DNA from: Amoebidium appalachense | Lineage: Eukaryota > Protista > Ichthyosporea | Assembly (NCBI GenBank): GCA_963693365.1 | Contig: CAVNZM010000016.1 | Coordinates: 6,989,029 to 7,053,028, forward strand | Reading direction: 5' to 3' | Length of the DNA: 64,000 bases | Notes under the pieces: model-generated | What the model saw: only the letters and a program-made list of their open reading frames with translations | What the model was told of the DNA's origin: nothing | Databases searched by the model: none | Part shown: piece by piece, positions 20,020 through 56,616 of the stretch | Numbering within the stretch: the first letter of the stretch is position 1 | Layout of the letters: every line of letters starts with the position of its first letter | Position numbers and translations under genes: made by a program

Positions 20020-21019
20020 TGGGACGAAAAAAAGATAGGTTAGTCGGCAAATCTCCAAATGGGAAAGAGCAAAGTTAAGAGTTGCCAGAAATGTGTGTTA
20101 CCGGAAACACTATATAGTTCTAAGATAGGGGGAGATGAACAGACGCCTGCTGCCAGGCTGCCAGTTAATGAACTGGAGGCAACGCTACAAATGCGTAAGT
20201 ACAAATTGAATATGATATTGAAAGCTTTGACCTTCAAAAACAAACATGCGCTATGTACATACAAAGAGTTCCATTAAGAGCATATAGTGTTGAGGTCAAT
20301 GCATTCCAGAGGGTGTAGTCTACACCAATAGGAACCTGCAAGCACACCAAGGCATTTGCGACACTCAATAGGAGGAGCCGTAAGAATAAAATATTGATTA
20401 GCCTTATATGGGTTTTGGCGGGAACGTCCCCCGGGCCAGTCACCGGGCCTGCAGCCCCTCCCGAGGCCTCCCGGAGTCCTTCCCCCAGTTTCTCCTGGTC
20501 CGCCCAGAAGTTCCCTGCCGGGCACCGCTGACAAATGCATCCAGTACCTGTAGGTACGTATACACGCCCCAGGTATACTTCTACACAGTGCCATCGGATG
20601 GCCAATTACTTAGCCACGTGTGTGAAATAGCATACTGCTGATCATGAGAACGCACCTTAAGCCTCCTATAAACTAGTAGACGGTGCTATTTAGGAGGCCT
20701 TGGTATGTGTGTCATAGCGCCAACTTGCGCTAACGCTCGGGGGCCTAATTTCCGCATTCCGATCTCTTTCCTTTTTCGTCGATCTAATTATGAGCGCGGT
20801 AAAATTTCTGTAGCGGGCGGTGAATCTACCGCCCCAATAGCTAAACAACAATGCGCGTTTTTTTAGTCGAAACAAGCGCAAACTCTGCTGCTTTAGAATA
20901 TGGTATTATACTATCCTAATACTGCTTTACTGCACTTTTTCGCGCTATGATTACTGCGATTAAGTCCGATGTAAGTTGGAACAACCCGCTGAGCATACCA
21001 GTTTTTTCTGCCGCAACCG

Positions 21020-21155
21020 CTTGGATTGGCCGTTACCGAAATTGATTGGCTGGCTTAGACGATCCGATTTTTGGAAGTCATATCAGCCGATTGGATGCGG
21101 TACGCCCTTAAAAAAATTGGCGCCGAATGATTGGATGCGGTACGCCCTTAAAATA
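21020..21155 (-). promoter_or_regulatory. CCAAT-box cluster upstream of the lipoxygenase, including a duplicated 25-mer
   Basis: Five ATTGG motifs. GATTGGATGCGGTACGCCCTTAAAA occurs twice. About 1 kb 5' of the gene; function is inferred. Confidence 0.4.
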
Positions 21156-21229
21156 TATACCCTATTTTTTGAATTAGCGGGTTTGGGCCAGATGGTGTGT
21201 GTACCATCTGGCTATGGTGTGTGTATGTG

Positions 21230-21309
<80 letters not shown>

Positions 21310-22234
21310 ACATGTATGTGTGTGTGCGTGCGTGCGTGAGTGCGTTCGTGTGTGTGTGTGCGTGTGTGTGTGCTTGTGTGTGTTTGCGTGTGTGCGTGTG
21401 CGTGACCACACATGTGTGTGTGTGCGCGCGCGTGTGTGTGTGTACACGTGTGTTTGTACACGTGTGTGTGTGTGTGTGCCTAATGACATCTAATATGTGC
21501 TTTTTTGCGTGTGTACGGTGCGGCACTCGAAGAAAAGAACATCAAAGACTCGAGAGCCCAGTGAAAGCGCCATTTGTGTGGGTTGTATGATAGGTGACAG
21601 GGTTCTCCCGCAAAAATCTATTTTTATCTACCAATGTCGCCAGCCGGGAATATATGCGGGCAACGAAAATCGATCGAGGGCTGGAGTCCGCCCGCATTTC
21701 CTTTGTTTCCCGCAAAATGTTTGTTGTTCTTTCGCTCTGTAAAACGTACCATAGCGCAACTATCCTCAGTACCACAGCAATGTGCTTGCCTGGCATATTT
21801 CTGTTCCTTGGCGCTGACAGAAAATGAAGCCCAGCCACATATGGCAAGCGCAGAGGGGCTGGCCAGTTTCGATAAGAAAGAAAGCTCAGTTGTAGTTTGG
21901 AGCGGGTGCCAGCTGTGTGGTTTGCCACTCAAAGTCAGAGACTCAGACCAACCATACGAGGTACTTACTCCATAACGCTGTAAAACAAAGCTGCCCATCA
22001 ACTTGCCAACGGTGCTACTCTTTACATGTGACAGACTGTGACAGACTGTACGGGAATGCTTTGCGCGCTGCTTGCCAGCCAGCACGAGCCCTTTAATTTG
22101 GTGTGCCGAATACGAAGGCACACGGAGTAAAACATGCCAGTGGCAGGGCACCAGCATTGTTTTGAAGCTGACAATCAGCTCACCCCCGCGTCCGGTTGGG
22201 TCGGGTTGGGGTGGGAGTTGTTTTTTTTTTTTTT

Positions 22235-22279
<45 letters not shown>

Positions 22280-22590
22280 CGGCCGTAGTGTGTGACGGTG
22301 TGCCACAGGTGTGTGTGTGCGTGTGTGTGTGTGCGTGTGTGTGTGTGTATATATGTGTATGCCACCACATGTGTGTGTGTACAGGTGTGGGTTCGTGTTT
22401 CAGAGAGAGGGAGAGAAAGAGAGAGAGAGAGAGCGTGTGTGTGTGTGCAATATGCTTGTGTGTGTGTGTGTGTGTTGTGTGTGTGTGCGTGCGTATGCGT
22501 CTGTGTGTGTGTGTGTGTGGTGGGGTGGGGGGGGGGGGGGGGGGGGGGGGGGGGCTCATGAACGGAATTTGAATAAGGGTGTTTGGAGAA

Positions 22591-22637
<47 letters not shown>

Positions 22638-23644
22638 CTGCTGGGGTGGGAGGGAGGGGGGGCAGTGGGTCAGTGAGGAGGGACCGGGGGGAAAGGGTGT
22701 AGCAAAGGGGGAGGGGAGAGAGAGTGTGAGAGAGAGAGAGAGAGAGTGTGTGTGTGTGTAAGAAAGGAGGGGGGCCCCGGGGCTGGAGGGGGGGGGGGGG
22801 GGGAGTGGCAGTGCTAGTCAGTGGGTTGGTGAGGGAGGGAGGTGGGGGGGGGGGGATGTGTGTGTGTTTGGAGGGTGGGGGGGGTGCACGGGGCAAGCTG
22901 AACAATAAAGCATGCCACTAGTATAAGGATGATGGCCTATCAGTGAGCCCGGGCTGGGAGTATCGTTTGGGGGAGAATGGAGGGAGGGAGGTGGTAATAC
23001 GTATTACATGTGAGTGGATGGGCATTTGTGTGGATGCGGGGGGGGGGGGGGGGAGGGGAGGGGGGGGGGGGGGAGGGGCGAGGGGGGGGGTGAGGGACAG
23101 GGGGAGGGGTCACAGTATAGGGCAAGCTGAACGATTATAGGGCCACCCACATGGGTTTAGGAGCCAGGGGGGGGGGGGGGGGGGGGGGAAGGGAGGGAGC
23201 CTTAGGGCGTTAACACAAGTTGCAGGGACGGGGGAGGGGATGGAGTGCGATTTTCGGATGGGCCGGGTGAATGGGTGAGTCATGGGGAGGGGGGGGAGGG
23301 GGCTGGGGGTTAAGTTGAAGAGAAAGCCTTTGAGGGGCAATTTTTTTTTCAAAGTTCTTATTCTGTTCTTTCTTGTTTTTTTTTTCGTTTTTTTTTCGGG
23401 GGGAGGGGGGGGGGAGGAGGGGGGTAGTTGGGGGAGGGAGGGGGGAGGGAAGGGGAGTGGGAGGGGGGGGGGGGGGGGGGGGGGAGGGGGGAGTGATTAG
23501 CAAAAGGATGGTGGTCTGTCACAGGGGGAAAGGGAAGGGGGAGGGAGGGGGTTGCTAAAAAACGAAAAATTGCACCTGAGGGAGCTTAAGGCCCTGGGGA
23601 CCTGGTGCTGGTGGGTGTATGTGTGTGTGTGTATGTGTGTGTGT

Positions 23645-23684
<40 letters not shown>

Positions 23685-24380
23685 GGGGAGGGGGTTAGAG
23701 GTGGAGGGAGGAAGCTTCTAAATTAGTACATGGGTCACGGTGGGGGGGGGGAGGGGGAGGGGAAGGGAGAGGGTGTGTGTGTGGGGGGGGGAGGTGGGGA
23801 GGTACTTTATATGATACACATAATCATGTACACGGCCTCCTTTGCACGTCCTACATGTATAGAACGGGGATGGGAGGGAGGGAGAGGGGGGTGGGGGGGG
23901 GATGGGAGGGTGAGTGGCTGCAGGACCAAAATTGAAAAAACGAAATGATAAGTAAAAGTCCCTGGGAGCCTCGTGATGTGGAGGCTGTGGGGGAGGGGGG
24001 GGGGGGAGGAGGGGGAACCTTTTTCATTTGAGCAAGTTCCTCTTCATCCCCAAGTAACCTGCCCGGGGGTCCGGGGGGGAGGGGGATCATGAGCGTGGGG
24101 CCCACTACTCTTACCATTTTCGGAAATGACCCAGGTGAAAATAGCTGGTGGAAAGTCATTGTGCACTAATGTAGTATTATAAATTTTGCGCGTATATGAT
24201 ACATAGTAAAGGTTATTGCTATTCCAATATATATACCTTAGTGAGCTGGCTTGTCTCGAAAGAACTTTCTACCGATAACTGTCAGCCAGGTCAATTTCCT
24301 GATCCGGGTTTGCCCTACATACACAAACCTTGGCCCAACCATGTCAGATGATGTTGAGCTTGCCTTTCCCCTCCCCCCCC

Positions 24381-24416
<36 letters not shown>

Positions 24417-24631
24417 CCCCCACACTCGCACACCTTAAGTCCCCTTTTCATACGGCAAAAACTAGCGCTATTTCCGCCCTCCCCTCCCTACCTCTGTCCT
24501 CCCAAATAGGTTACGATGCCATGGCCCTCTCTGTGATACACATCCAGCGTCCCCCCCCCCCCTCCCCCCCCCCCCCCCCCCCCCCCCCCCCAACACACCT
24601 CTCAGAGTCCCTTCCCACCCTCGCTTATGGT

Positions 24632-24751
24632 TGAGCATATGTACTGTATTAATTATATTGCTCACTGAGCATATATGTACTGTATTAATAATACCGTTCA
24701 CTGAGCATATATGTACTGTATTAATAATATTGCTCACTGAGCATATATGTA
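24632..24751. repeat. ~36-bp minisatellite, three and a half units
   Basis: TGAGCATATATGTACTGTATTAATAATATTGCTCAC repeated. Confidence 0.9.
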
Positions 24752-25810
24752 CGTAGTGTCGAATCATGCCAGTGACCTAGCTCTTCCATCGGCCCTGCAA
24801 CTCTGATATGCCACACGTTGCTCTGTGGCATGTGTACCTGCACGATGCTACACGTGTTCACTCTACGAAGCTTACGGTGGGGGCTGAGCTATTGTTAGTA
24901 AATACTCGTGCCAGATCTCCGTAATCTACGATGGAATTTTACACACTTTCTTTGAAGCATTTTATTGGTAGATTGTATCAGATCTGGTTGCAATCACTCG
25001 TCGGATTGGTCAGTCTGGCGATGGTACAAGATTAGATCTCGGCACCCCAAATAGGCATACGGGCGCACGGTGGACCGAATATCTTCTAATGGGTTTCTAT
25101 GTGTACATAGTCCCCATATCACCGCATATAAGTGTATAGGTCGTCGTATAATATGAGTAAAAAAAAATTACCTAACTCAACACATTAATATACCCATAAC
25201 GCACACCGTATGAAGACATGCATCGATCGACATAAGCATATTCGATCATCATGATCATGCATGAACACAGTGTTCAGGTATCTCAGTATGCACTTGTTAC
25301 TGAATAACTCGTGAAGTCTTTATTGCCTCCTAAGTATGCCGTGCATACTTGCATATCTTTCCGTTGAATAAATTCAGTCAAAGGAAAAAATAAATACGTA
25401 CGTGTCATGATGGGAAGTGTATTCCCGGTCAAAATTAAAGGTGTTAAAACTGTGAATTCCAAGGCCGTCTCATTAATAAAGGTTCAAATTTTTTTCAAAT
25501 GTACACTCCATACGATTGTAAGGTTATGGGGCTTCCAAATGTAGCACTAATGAATCCGGATCCGCCATGTATAAAACGATCATGACAGTTGAGGTACTTT
25601 CCTTCCCCTGCACTCCAGATCTGACAACGTTCTGTGGAGTTGTAGTCGAGTTCCATCCATGCAGGCTACGATTGTACGCCTATAAGAATACCTAACGCTA
25701 TTAGCTAGATGATCTTATTATAGTACACTACATGAACACAGTACTTGACAACAACATCCGTGTTACAGTAACAAAAACGTATGAATCTTGAAGGAAAATC
25801 TGACACGAGA

Positions 25811-32051
<6,241 letters not shown>

Positions 32052-32132
32052 AATTTTCTGGGCGGGTCTATTGATTTGGTAAAACGAATCAGCTTTGAAG
32101 AATCCGATTTCCGGGGGGGAGGGGGGGAGGGA

Positions 32133-32179
<47 letters not shown>

Positions 32180-32541
32180 ATTTTCAGCATAAGAGAGACT
32201 CTTTATCACTACCACCATGTTGTCCCTCATGAGCGAATTAACTGAGACAGAGTTTTGTGGTTCAGTCACTCTATTAACTGACTGACCCATTGATGTTTTT
32301 TGCACCACCGTGACGTACATAGTGCCCAAGTGGAGTCGCTGCCCAATGATTTGGGGATTTCATTTTTGAATTTGGTTTTTAGTTTTAATATTAAAATTTC
32401 AACTTTTAGCAGTCGGTTGACTCCCCATGAGTACTTTATACTGCACCACATAGTCTTCAAGTAAATTTGCTGGTGTGGGCTGGACCCCATCAGTCAAATG
32501 ACCGACTTGGACCATAGGAATCTTATTTTCCAAGTATAATT

Positions 32542-32655
32542 TAATGGATTTTTCAAAAAGAAAATCACGGTATATTGATGAAAACGACTGCTATGTAAAA
32601 TTAAATGGATTTTTTTAAAAAGAAAATCACGGTATGTTGATGAAAACGACTGCTA
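32542..32655. repeat. Tandem duplication of about 60 bp
   Basis: AATGGATTTTT..AAAAGAAAATCACGGTAT.TTGATGAAAACGACTGCTA occurs twice. Confidence 0.85.
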
Positions 32656-32823
32656 ACAACAAGCGTTCCACTGTGCCACAGGCACCCACATTCCTCCCCT
32701 TTCTGTTCATTTATTTGCAAAACACGGCAAAACACGAGCATCGGTACCTGCACACTACTATGGCATGTATAGGACATGTTGAGGTGGGCACCGTGACACC
32801 CCAGGTACGCGGTTCAAGTTGCA

Positions 32824-32928
<105 letters not shown>

Positions 32929-33747
32929 GTCACACACCGTCACACACACACACACACACACACACACATGCGTGCCCACTGTGATGGCTACAGTAAATGG
33001 AAGTCACTGAGGCTGCAGTACACACACGGTTTTACTATACATAAGGGCACAAAGTTCAACATGTTGAATGTTCAAAAGATACACCTCCAAAAACCAACAA
33101 CTTGCTATTGTATATGGCAATTTTGTTTTCCCGCTCGCATCTCAAAAAGAGCCTGTTTACCCATAGATAGATACCAAACCATTCATTCAAAACCGATATA
33201 CACGGATTATGAAGTTGTCCTTCAAAAGTCAGTTTATCCCTGAGGAAGCACGTATTTCTCAAAGAAAAAACGAAGAAAAATACATAGAGCCAAAGACGAT
33301 TTTAAGATAATGAGAATTGTGTGACTAATGTAGAGCATCATCTGCGCACATATGCATGGCTTGCCCCAAGATCAGGCATTTGATGTATGCATATATCACA
33401 CATTTTATTAATTATATCCTCAATGACATGTATACGTTACTGGTATGACTGAGTTTGTAAATGCCTACCCACCAATCACATATCTCCGTGACAAGAATGC
33501 AACTAGGGGGAGGGGGGGGGGGGGGGAGGGGGAATGGGGAAGGGTGCAAAAAAAAAAAAAAAAGAAAGAAAGAAAGACATAGGGAGGGACAGGGGAGAGA
33601 AGGAGGAAGAGCAGGAAACAAGCCATGACTAGGGCTGGCTTTGAAAGCAATATGCTCGAATAGTATGCAAAATCAGTGGCTAATCGTTACACACGTGCAC
33701 GCTTGTGTGATCTCCTCTCCTTTGGCCTCCATACCTTCACCTTTCCT

Positions 33748-35136
33748 TCACTGTCCCCCGTAAGTAAAAACATCCCTCCAGGAGCAATAATTCACCTCCC
33801 ACCACCAATCCCCACGGATAACACGTGATTCCGCAACATCAAGAGCTGTTTCTGTTGGAAAGAAAAGGCGGTACATTTTAAAGGTGAGTTCCGTGGAAAT
33901 GTAAACAATGTCAGCACTGTAAAACACAATCCTATCACCTTCATTCACATCGACTCTCCCAATCAGACTGGTCATATCGTGCACAGGCCCTACCTGCCTT
34001 CCATTTGCATCAAATGTTTGAAACCCCCACCTGTCCTCCACCGTAAGTGTGACTACACGCAAACATCTTCCGACCGGAAAGAAATCCCCTACCAACGTCG
34101 AATCGCCGCAACCTTCCGCATGGTACAATCTCTCCCCTGCATTTATGTTTAGCAACACGCATTGGTCGTCCGATAAGCACACACATACTTCCTCGTTATA
34201 ATTTTTAGAAATCTTTCTCAACTTATGCTCCGGAACTCTGTTGTCAATTCTCCATATCTGTGCGCCAGAAGCAATATCCCACATCGAGACGCTCTCCCGG
34301 CGACGACAATTAAACGGCTTCCTAGAACCCCAACTTTAAGGTCCCACTGAAAAGGAAACGGAATTTCAACAGGGAACGATCGCAACAGCGAGCCGTCGAC
34401 ACCAGAATATATCTCGACACGTGTGCACGGCTGAAAGTCTTGCAGCATGTTCGGAATCTGCCTCCCTTTGTACACGACGTAAACATACGTTAGAATCCAC
34501 TGTCTGAACACACTCGTCTTCGCCTGTGCCCAAAGGGCCCCAGCTCCCCAACCTTGCCCCAGTTTCGACGTCCCACGAAACACCCACCGCGCTTCCACTC
34601 GGCTTTGAGAAACCACCACAGAACGCCCTACCGTTTCGCGCTCCCATCCAGTCCATCTTTTCAACACCTCCAACCATCTCCACACACTCGAGCTCCCCCC
34701 CAAACGCTTCAGTCACCGACACCTCCGGGTCTTCTTTTGGCCAGGTAAGCACGAAATAATCAAACTCACACCACAAAGCCTCCTCTTCCCCCTCATCCTG
34801 GGGCCACCGACGCATCTCCCTGCCTGCGCGGAGGAAATCGAGCACGTATTCAAACAGTGAAAGAGAGCCATCAATGAAAACGGTACCGTCTGGGCGGGTT
34901 TTGACGGCGTGGCGACCGCTGAACCATGCGGCCAGCATGGAGCCAGGCACGGTGGAAAGTGTGTAGCGGGTGGTGGCAAAGTGTTTCCCGCCCACATCTA
35001 GCACCACCCGATCAAAGTGTTTCCCGCCCACATCTAGCACCACCCGATCGCTGCCCTGCGCCTCTAGCTGCGCCACAGATGCACGCTCGGCCTCAAAGAC
35101 CCTCCTGTGTGATGGCATTGCATTTAAGTTATTCAT
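33748..35136 (-). pseudogene. Intronless BTB/POZ (KCTD/T1-type) gene with a beta-rich, WD-like C-terminus; two frameshifts
   Basis: RVVLDVGGKHFATTRYTL..PGSMLAAWFSGR..DGTVFIDG..LFEYVLDFLR..LWCEFDYF, followed by SWDVETG, IYSGVDGSLLRSF and MWDIASGAQIWRI spread over three overlapping ORFs. Exact 36-bp internal duplication at 34978-35049. Frameshifts could be assembly errors. Confidence 0.75.
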
Positions 35137-35203
35137 ATTACTCACTTAAAAACAAAATGCTCCTCAAGCGAGATACCCCCCCCCCCCCCCCCCCCGAAAA
35201 AAA

Positions 35204-35301
<98 letters not shown>

Positions 35302-35570
35302 CCTCCCTCCTGCTTTCACCTGCATGCAGACACTCTCTAGTTCCAATACATATTAAATACAAGTTCATAAGTTTGAACTCATGGCCTAAACACCAACACG
35401 AGCTTCCCAGCGGTGCAAGCACACCCCCACACCCCAGAACCCAAATGTATGCACATGCACACGCTCACCGACACACACACCCCCGTAGAAACAACACACA
35501 AGCACACACATAGACACACACACACAAATACACTTGCTCGCGCGCACACGTGCACACACAAACACACACA

Positions 35571-35611
<41 letters not shown>

Positions 35612-36163
35612 CATACACATAAGCACGCAGACACACACACACAGGCACTTTTTCTCTTACGTACTACTCACCCACTCACTCTCCTCTTTCTCTCTTCTGT
35701 CTCTCCTACCCCCCTCCCTTCTTCCTCCTTCTCACGACCTCTACCTCCCCTCCTCTGCCTCCCCACCTTCCCTTTCTCCCCCCTTGCCTGTCCCTCTCCC
35801 ACTTCTGTACACACATTCACACCCTCACACCTTTCTCTTACCCATCACCCTTTCCTCTTTCTCTCTCCGTGGCTCCCTCCCTCTCTCTTGCCCTCTCCCA
35901 TTCTCCCCCTCCCCTTCTCTCTCACTGCCCTCTCTCTCCCCTTCTCCCTCACCGGTATCCTTCCTTTTCTATTCCAACCCTCTGGCTGCCTCGGTTCCCC
36001 CTCTTCATCCTACCCTTTCCCCACCTCTTCCCATGTCCATCCCTCTCTCCATCCCTCTCCCCAACCACCCCATTCACCCACACACCCACACACCAACACC
36101 CCTTAAGCTTTTCCTCTCTCTCTAACTCACCTCCCCCCCCTCCCCCTGTTCTACCTCTCATTT

Positions 36164-36196
<33 letters not shown>

Positions 36197-36474
36197 TCCC
36201 CTCCCCTCACCCCGCTCCCCGCCCAGTTTCCTCCACCATCCCGCTTGCGCGCACCCAACTCCCCCTTCCTCATCCAACTACACATTCGACAATGCCCCAC
36301 CCACCCCCCTGACACAAACCAAAATTCACTCTGCTGTAATTGAGCCTCGCCACTTCTTTCTCTCGCCTTCTCCTACTCTGTTCTTCCCCCTCCCTCCCCT
36401 CCCCCTCCTCCCCCCACCCCCCCCTCCCCCTCCCCAACCCCATCGCCTTCTCCCTCCCCCTCCCCCTGGGCCAG

Positions 36475-36509
<35 letters not shown>

Positions 36510-36869
36510 CTTTCGCCCCTTTTTCAACTACAGCTTGAGCGAGAGAGTGAACAGTGGACGTCAATAAGGGGCCCACGGAGAAACGACGAATCAGAATTGG
36601 TATAAAAGAGTCTAAGTGTTTAAAAATAATGCTAATCAAGTGCTACTCGCCATGGTCACCTTTCTTTTTCCAGCCTCGCCCTGTCCTCCTTCACTCTGCC
36701 TGCTGCAACCAGCACGCCCTGTGCGTCTGCAACCAAAGCCGCTAGCCGTTTTGCCAGCCCGCTGAGGTCCGCCCCTAGAGCCGTGCTGTCCTCCAAAAAA
36801 CGGACCACCGCCTGTAGATCTACGTCCATTGTACTGAAAGCCTGCGAGCACTAACTTAACCGACAAAGA

Positions 36870-38514
<1,645 letters not shown>

Positions 38515-38530
38515 AAACCTCATCTATGTA

Positions 38531-38775
38531 CAGTGTGGACTGGATATCTATGGGCACCACTGGAAAAGGGCACATCTGGATATGGGCACCGTTGGCAGCC
38601 GACCCGGCCCGATCTATTCGGGCCGGGTTGAGACTAAGTAATCCCCCTAGCTCTATAATTAAATTGGCCCCCCTAGATGTCTGGATATCGGCACATATGG
38701 ATAGGTGTGTAAACCCCAATATGGGCACCCCGAAAAGTGCCCGTCCGACCCGGTGCCGATATCCAGTCCGCACTG
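38531..38775. mobile_element. Tc1/mariner-type MITE (245 bp)
   Basis: TIRs CAGTGTGGACTGGATATC and GATATCCAGTCCGCACTG (17/18), flanked by TA on both sides. Internal TATGGGCACC repeats. Confidence 0.88.
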
Positions 38776-39757
38776 TATACAATATGTACTCACACATGTA
38801 CACAGCAATTATAAGGCAGGTCTTGTGGCAGGATACAGCCTGTCAGGTCGGTATCTGGCGTGTCTATTTGCCAACATCGATGTTCTGGTTATGTTCAACG
38901 TAAGCTTTTGGTCTGGCAAGGAGTTTCTGTGCTTTGGCCGACGTATGTTCACACGAACGAAAAAGTTGAACTCTTATATTTTCCTTCTTTTCTTTTTCTA
39001 CCCGTGTCGGTCCTGCCCCCCCCCTCCCCTCCCGTTGCCAAGGATTACGTAACCCCACCCAAATCCCGGGTTCCAAAAATAGATTGATGCATTCTTAGCC
39101 AATCAGATACGCCATCGATATCACCATAGACTCTCATTGATCATCTGTGCATGGGCAGCGGCCGATTTTTTTTCACTCTACGTTGTGTGCACTTCATAAT
39201 GCCTTTTTGGAAGTTCGGAAAGAAAAGTAAGTGATGGAACGCGCTTGGTTGGGTTAGGTGTGAGAGTTTTGCACGCGTATACGTGTGGATGTTTCAAAGC
39301 GTACGCGAGCTTTTTGGGTCATTGTCCAATTGTGTGCACACAGAAAGGATCTTGCTGTAATGTGAAAGCATGACCAAGAATTATAGATATGCGGCCCCGT
39401 GATGACAGTATGGTGTATGCTGTTTTTTTTGAAGAGTGGAGGGGGAGAAAGGGAGAGATTTAGGGAATGTGAGGATTGAAAAGGGAAGTCGTGAGTGAAT
39501 TAGAGAGATGTGAGTAGGGGGGAGTGGGACCTTGTAAGAGAGAGAAAGGACTGGCTCACATGGAGCATGTCCGACGGTCGAAATAGAACGAGTGTGTATG
39601 GATAAGTTTAGCCTGGCAGGCAAAAAGCGAAAAAAAAAAAAAAAAATGTTGGCTCCAAAGGGGATGGAGGAGATCTTGCGCTCATGTAGTAACTCTCTTC
39701 CCCGTTTCGTGTGCAGGCAGCAAGGCCTCTAAGACACTTGCCCAAGGCCCTGTCAAC

Positions 39758-46931
<7,174 letters not shown>

Positions 46932-46949
46932 GACCCTCCTCCCCCCCCC

Positions 46950-46980
<31 letters not shown>

Positions 46981-47967
46981 ACACACCCTGCCCCCCGTCC
47001 CCCGGACGCCTCAAGTTCTTAATGGTGAGCAGAGGGTCATTTGATTATTATGTGCTTCTGGTTGTGTATCGTGAATGAGCTGGAACTACAGAGACAAAAA
47101 CAAAAGAACATACCGGACCAGCTATGTAGTAACCAAAAAAGGCATGTATGTTGCCTAAATATGGAAACGTACCGAAGACACTGCCAGTGGGATATCGAAG
47201 GAACTGCTGTTAATGTGCGCGTGTGCAATGTATCGAAATTCCCAGATTAAATAAAGAGCACCGTCCCTGTGTCACAGTGTGATGCATGTCTGCGGTGTAC
47301 TGACTGACTGGAGCAGAGCGCACACGTGATATTTAATTCAAAAAGAGCCTGCAAAGCACGTCACACACACGCCATATTTCAATTGGGCCATATAGCCTGA
47401 TGCTGTTTGTTTTGGGGGATAACTCAACACTTAGCATTTTTCGAAAGGATACCGGAGTATATATTGTGTGACATGTGGAACCTTTTTCTCTGCCCCAGCC
47501 CCCCAGCCCCCCCCCCGGCACCCCCCCCCCCCCCCCCCTCGGATACACACAGACATGTACTCACAAACACTGGTCAAGGAATGAAAGTAGAAAGAGGCGC
47601 ATAGATCTACATAGAAGCTAATATTAGACGTACATACGTACAGAAGCTGGTCAGTCGACATCAGACTATCCCAACTCTGAACATGACACGGCACGGGGAC
47701 GGATCCGATATGTGCAAGTGACACGCGTACGTTGTGAGAAGAATCTGTGGTGTATTACCCGAGTATTACCCCCCATGGCCCCTTCCCCCCCCCCCCCCCC
47801 CCCCGCCCCCCTTCAACACACACGCATGTGCACACACACGCACAGACACACAGGCACACAAACACCACCGTGGCACCACATCTGCCCTTGTTTTTGCCCT
47901 CGGACTCATGAGCCGGGAGATCTGGCGGCTCACGGACAGTGCGCCACGTTCCAATCCACCCTAATGA

Positions 47968-48032
47968 CAAACAGCCAATCATATTAGCCAACAAATAAGA
48001 TGCTTTCCTATTGGCTGTGTGTACTCCAATCG
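47968..48032 (+). promoter_or_regulatory. CCAAT-box cluster upstream of the rhodanese
   Basis: AGCCAATC, ATTGGCT and CCAATCG lie 120-185 bp before the ATG. Confidence 0.45.
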
Positions 48033-48152
48033 AAACGCACACAAAAAACGTATAAAAAGCTGGTAACACATCATTCAACTCTTCAAACAAAGCAAAACAA
48101 CAGACTTCTTCGCTCACTCCTCCCCCCCACACACCAGTATTTCCATAAAAGA

Positions 48153-55627
<7,475 letters not shown>

Positions 55628-56384
55628 AAACTTAAAAAAGTGCATGAAATTTCTTTTTTTTTTTTCCCCTTATACCATTGAATTATGAAATTTCTTTTTT
55701 TTTTTTTTTCCCCCATATGCCATTGAATTTCGTTTAGATGTTTAGATTAGATAGTTTCAATGGTGATGCCTCAGTTATATATTCTTTTTGCCAGTACTCT
55801 AGTAGACTACATAATTGTCGCAGTATTTGGCTCTGAATCTGAACATAAGTTACTTAGCCATGTGTACGGGTCCCAGATTGCACCCGAGTATAAATTTTCT
55901 CCCCTGGGACTGAAATACAGTATATACATACGGTACGCAACGAGGAAGAATAGACACATGGCATGGCAATAAATATGGGTTCTTTTTTGAAACCGTTGGA
56001 GGCCCAATCAATGATGATGATACTCGGCTGTAGAACAACAGGTTTGGTACACCCCTTCCCTCCTCGGAGTCACCCCTCCCCCCCCCCCCCCCCCCCCCCT
56101 CCCCCCTTCCCCCGTCCCCCCCCCCCCCCCCCCCCCCCCGCAACACACACACACAAACACACACACTGTCACACACAACCGGTCGACGTCTCCTCAGCTC
56201 CCAACTTCTTGCACTGCGGCATTACATACCTCTTCAATGAATACTCTTTCCCCCCGGAAGCTTCGGAGCCCGCCTCCGGGACCCCCAGCTCCCCCTTCCT
56301 CCGGGCCCCCGCATATATCTGCGGGTTAAATTTGGTTTGCTTTGTCTCGGTTATGTTGTGTGATTCAGTTGTCAGTGTTGTGCA

Positions 56385-56460
56385 AGTTTTTGCCAATGTT
56401 CTGCTATCAACTACTAGTATCTCTTTTTGCCAATGTTCTGCTATCAACTACTAGTATCTC
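56385..56460. repeat. Tandem duplication of about 37 bp
   Basis: TTTTTGCCAATGTTCTGCTATCAACTACTAGTATCTC occurs twice. Confidence 0.9.
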
Positions 56461-56561
56461 GACCACCACCAGGCTCGGAGGTACCGGTAGATGGAGGATT
56501 GAAGCTTCCCAGTACTAATCCTTGAACCCAGCGCCCCACAATTGTGGAATCATCATGCCTC

Positions 56562-56613
<52 letters not shown>

Positions 56614-56616
56614 ACA

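Noticed and set aside
21624-22190. Open, complex sequence that might be an exon
   Set aside because: No recognisable domain and no consistent splice partners on either strand.
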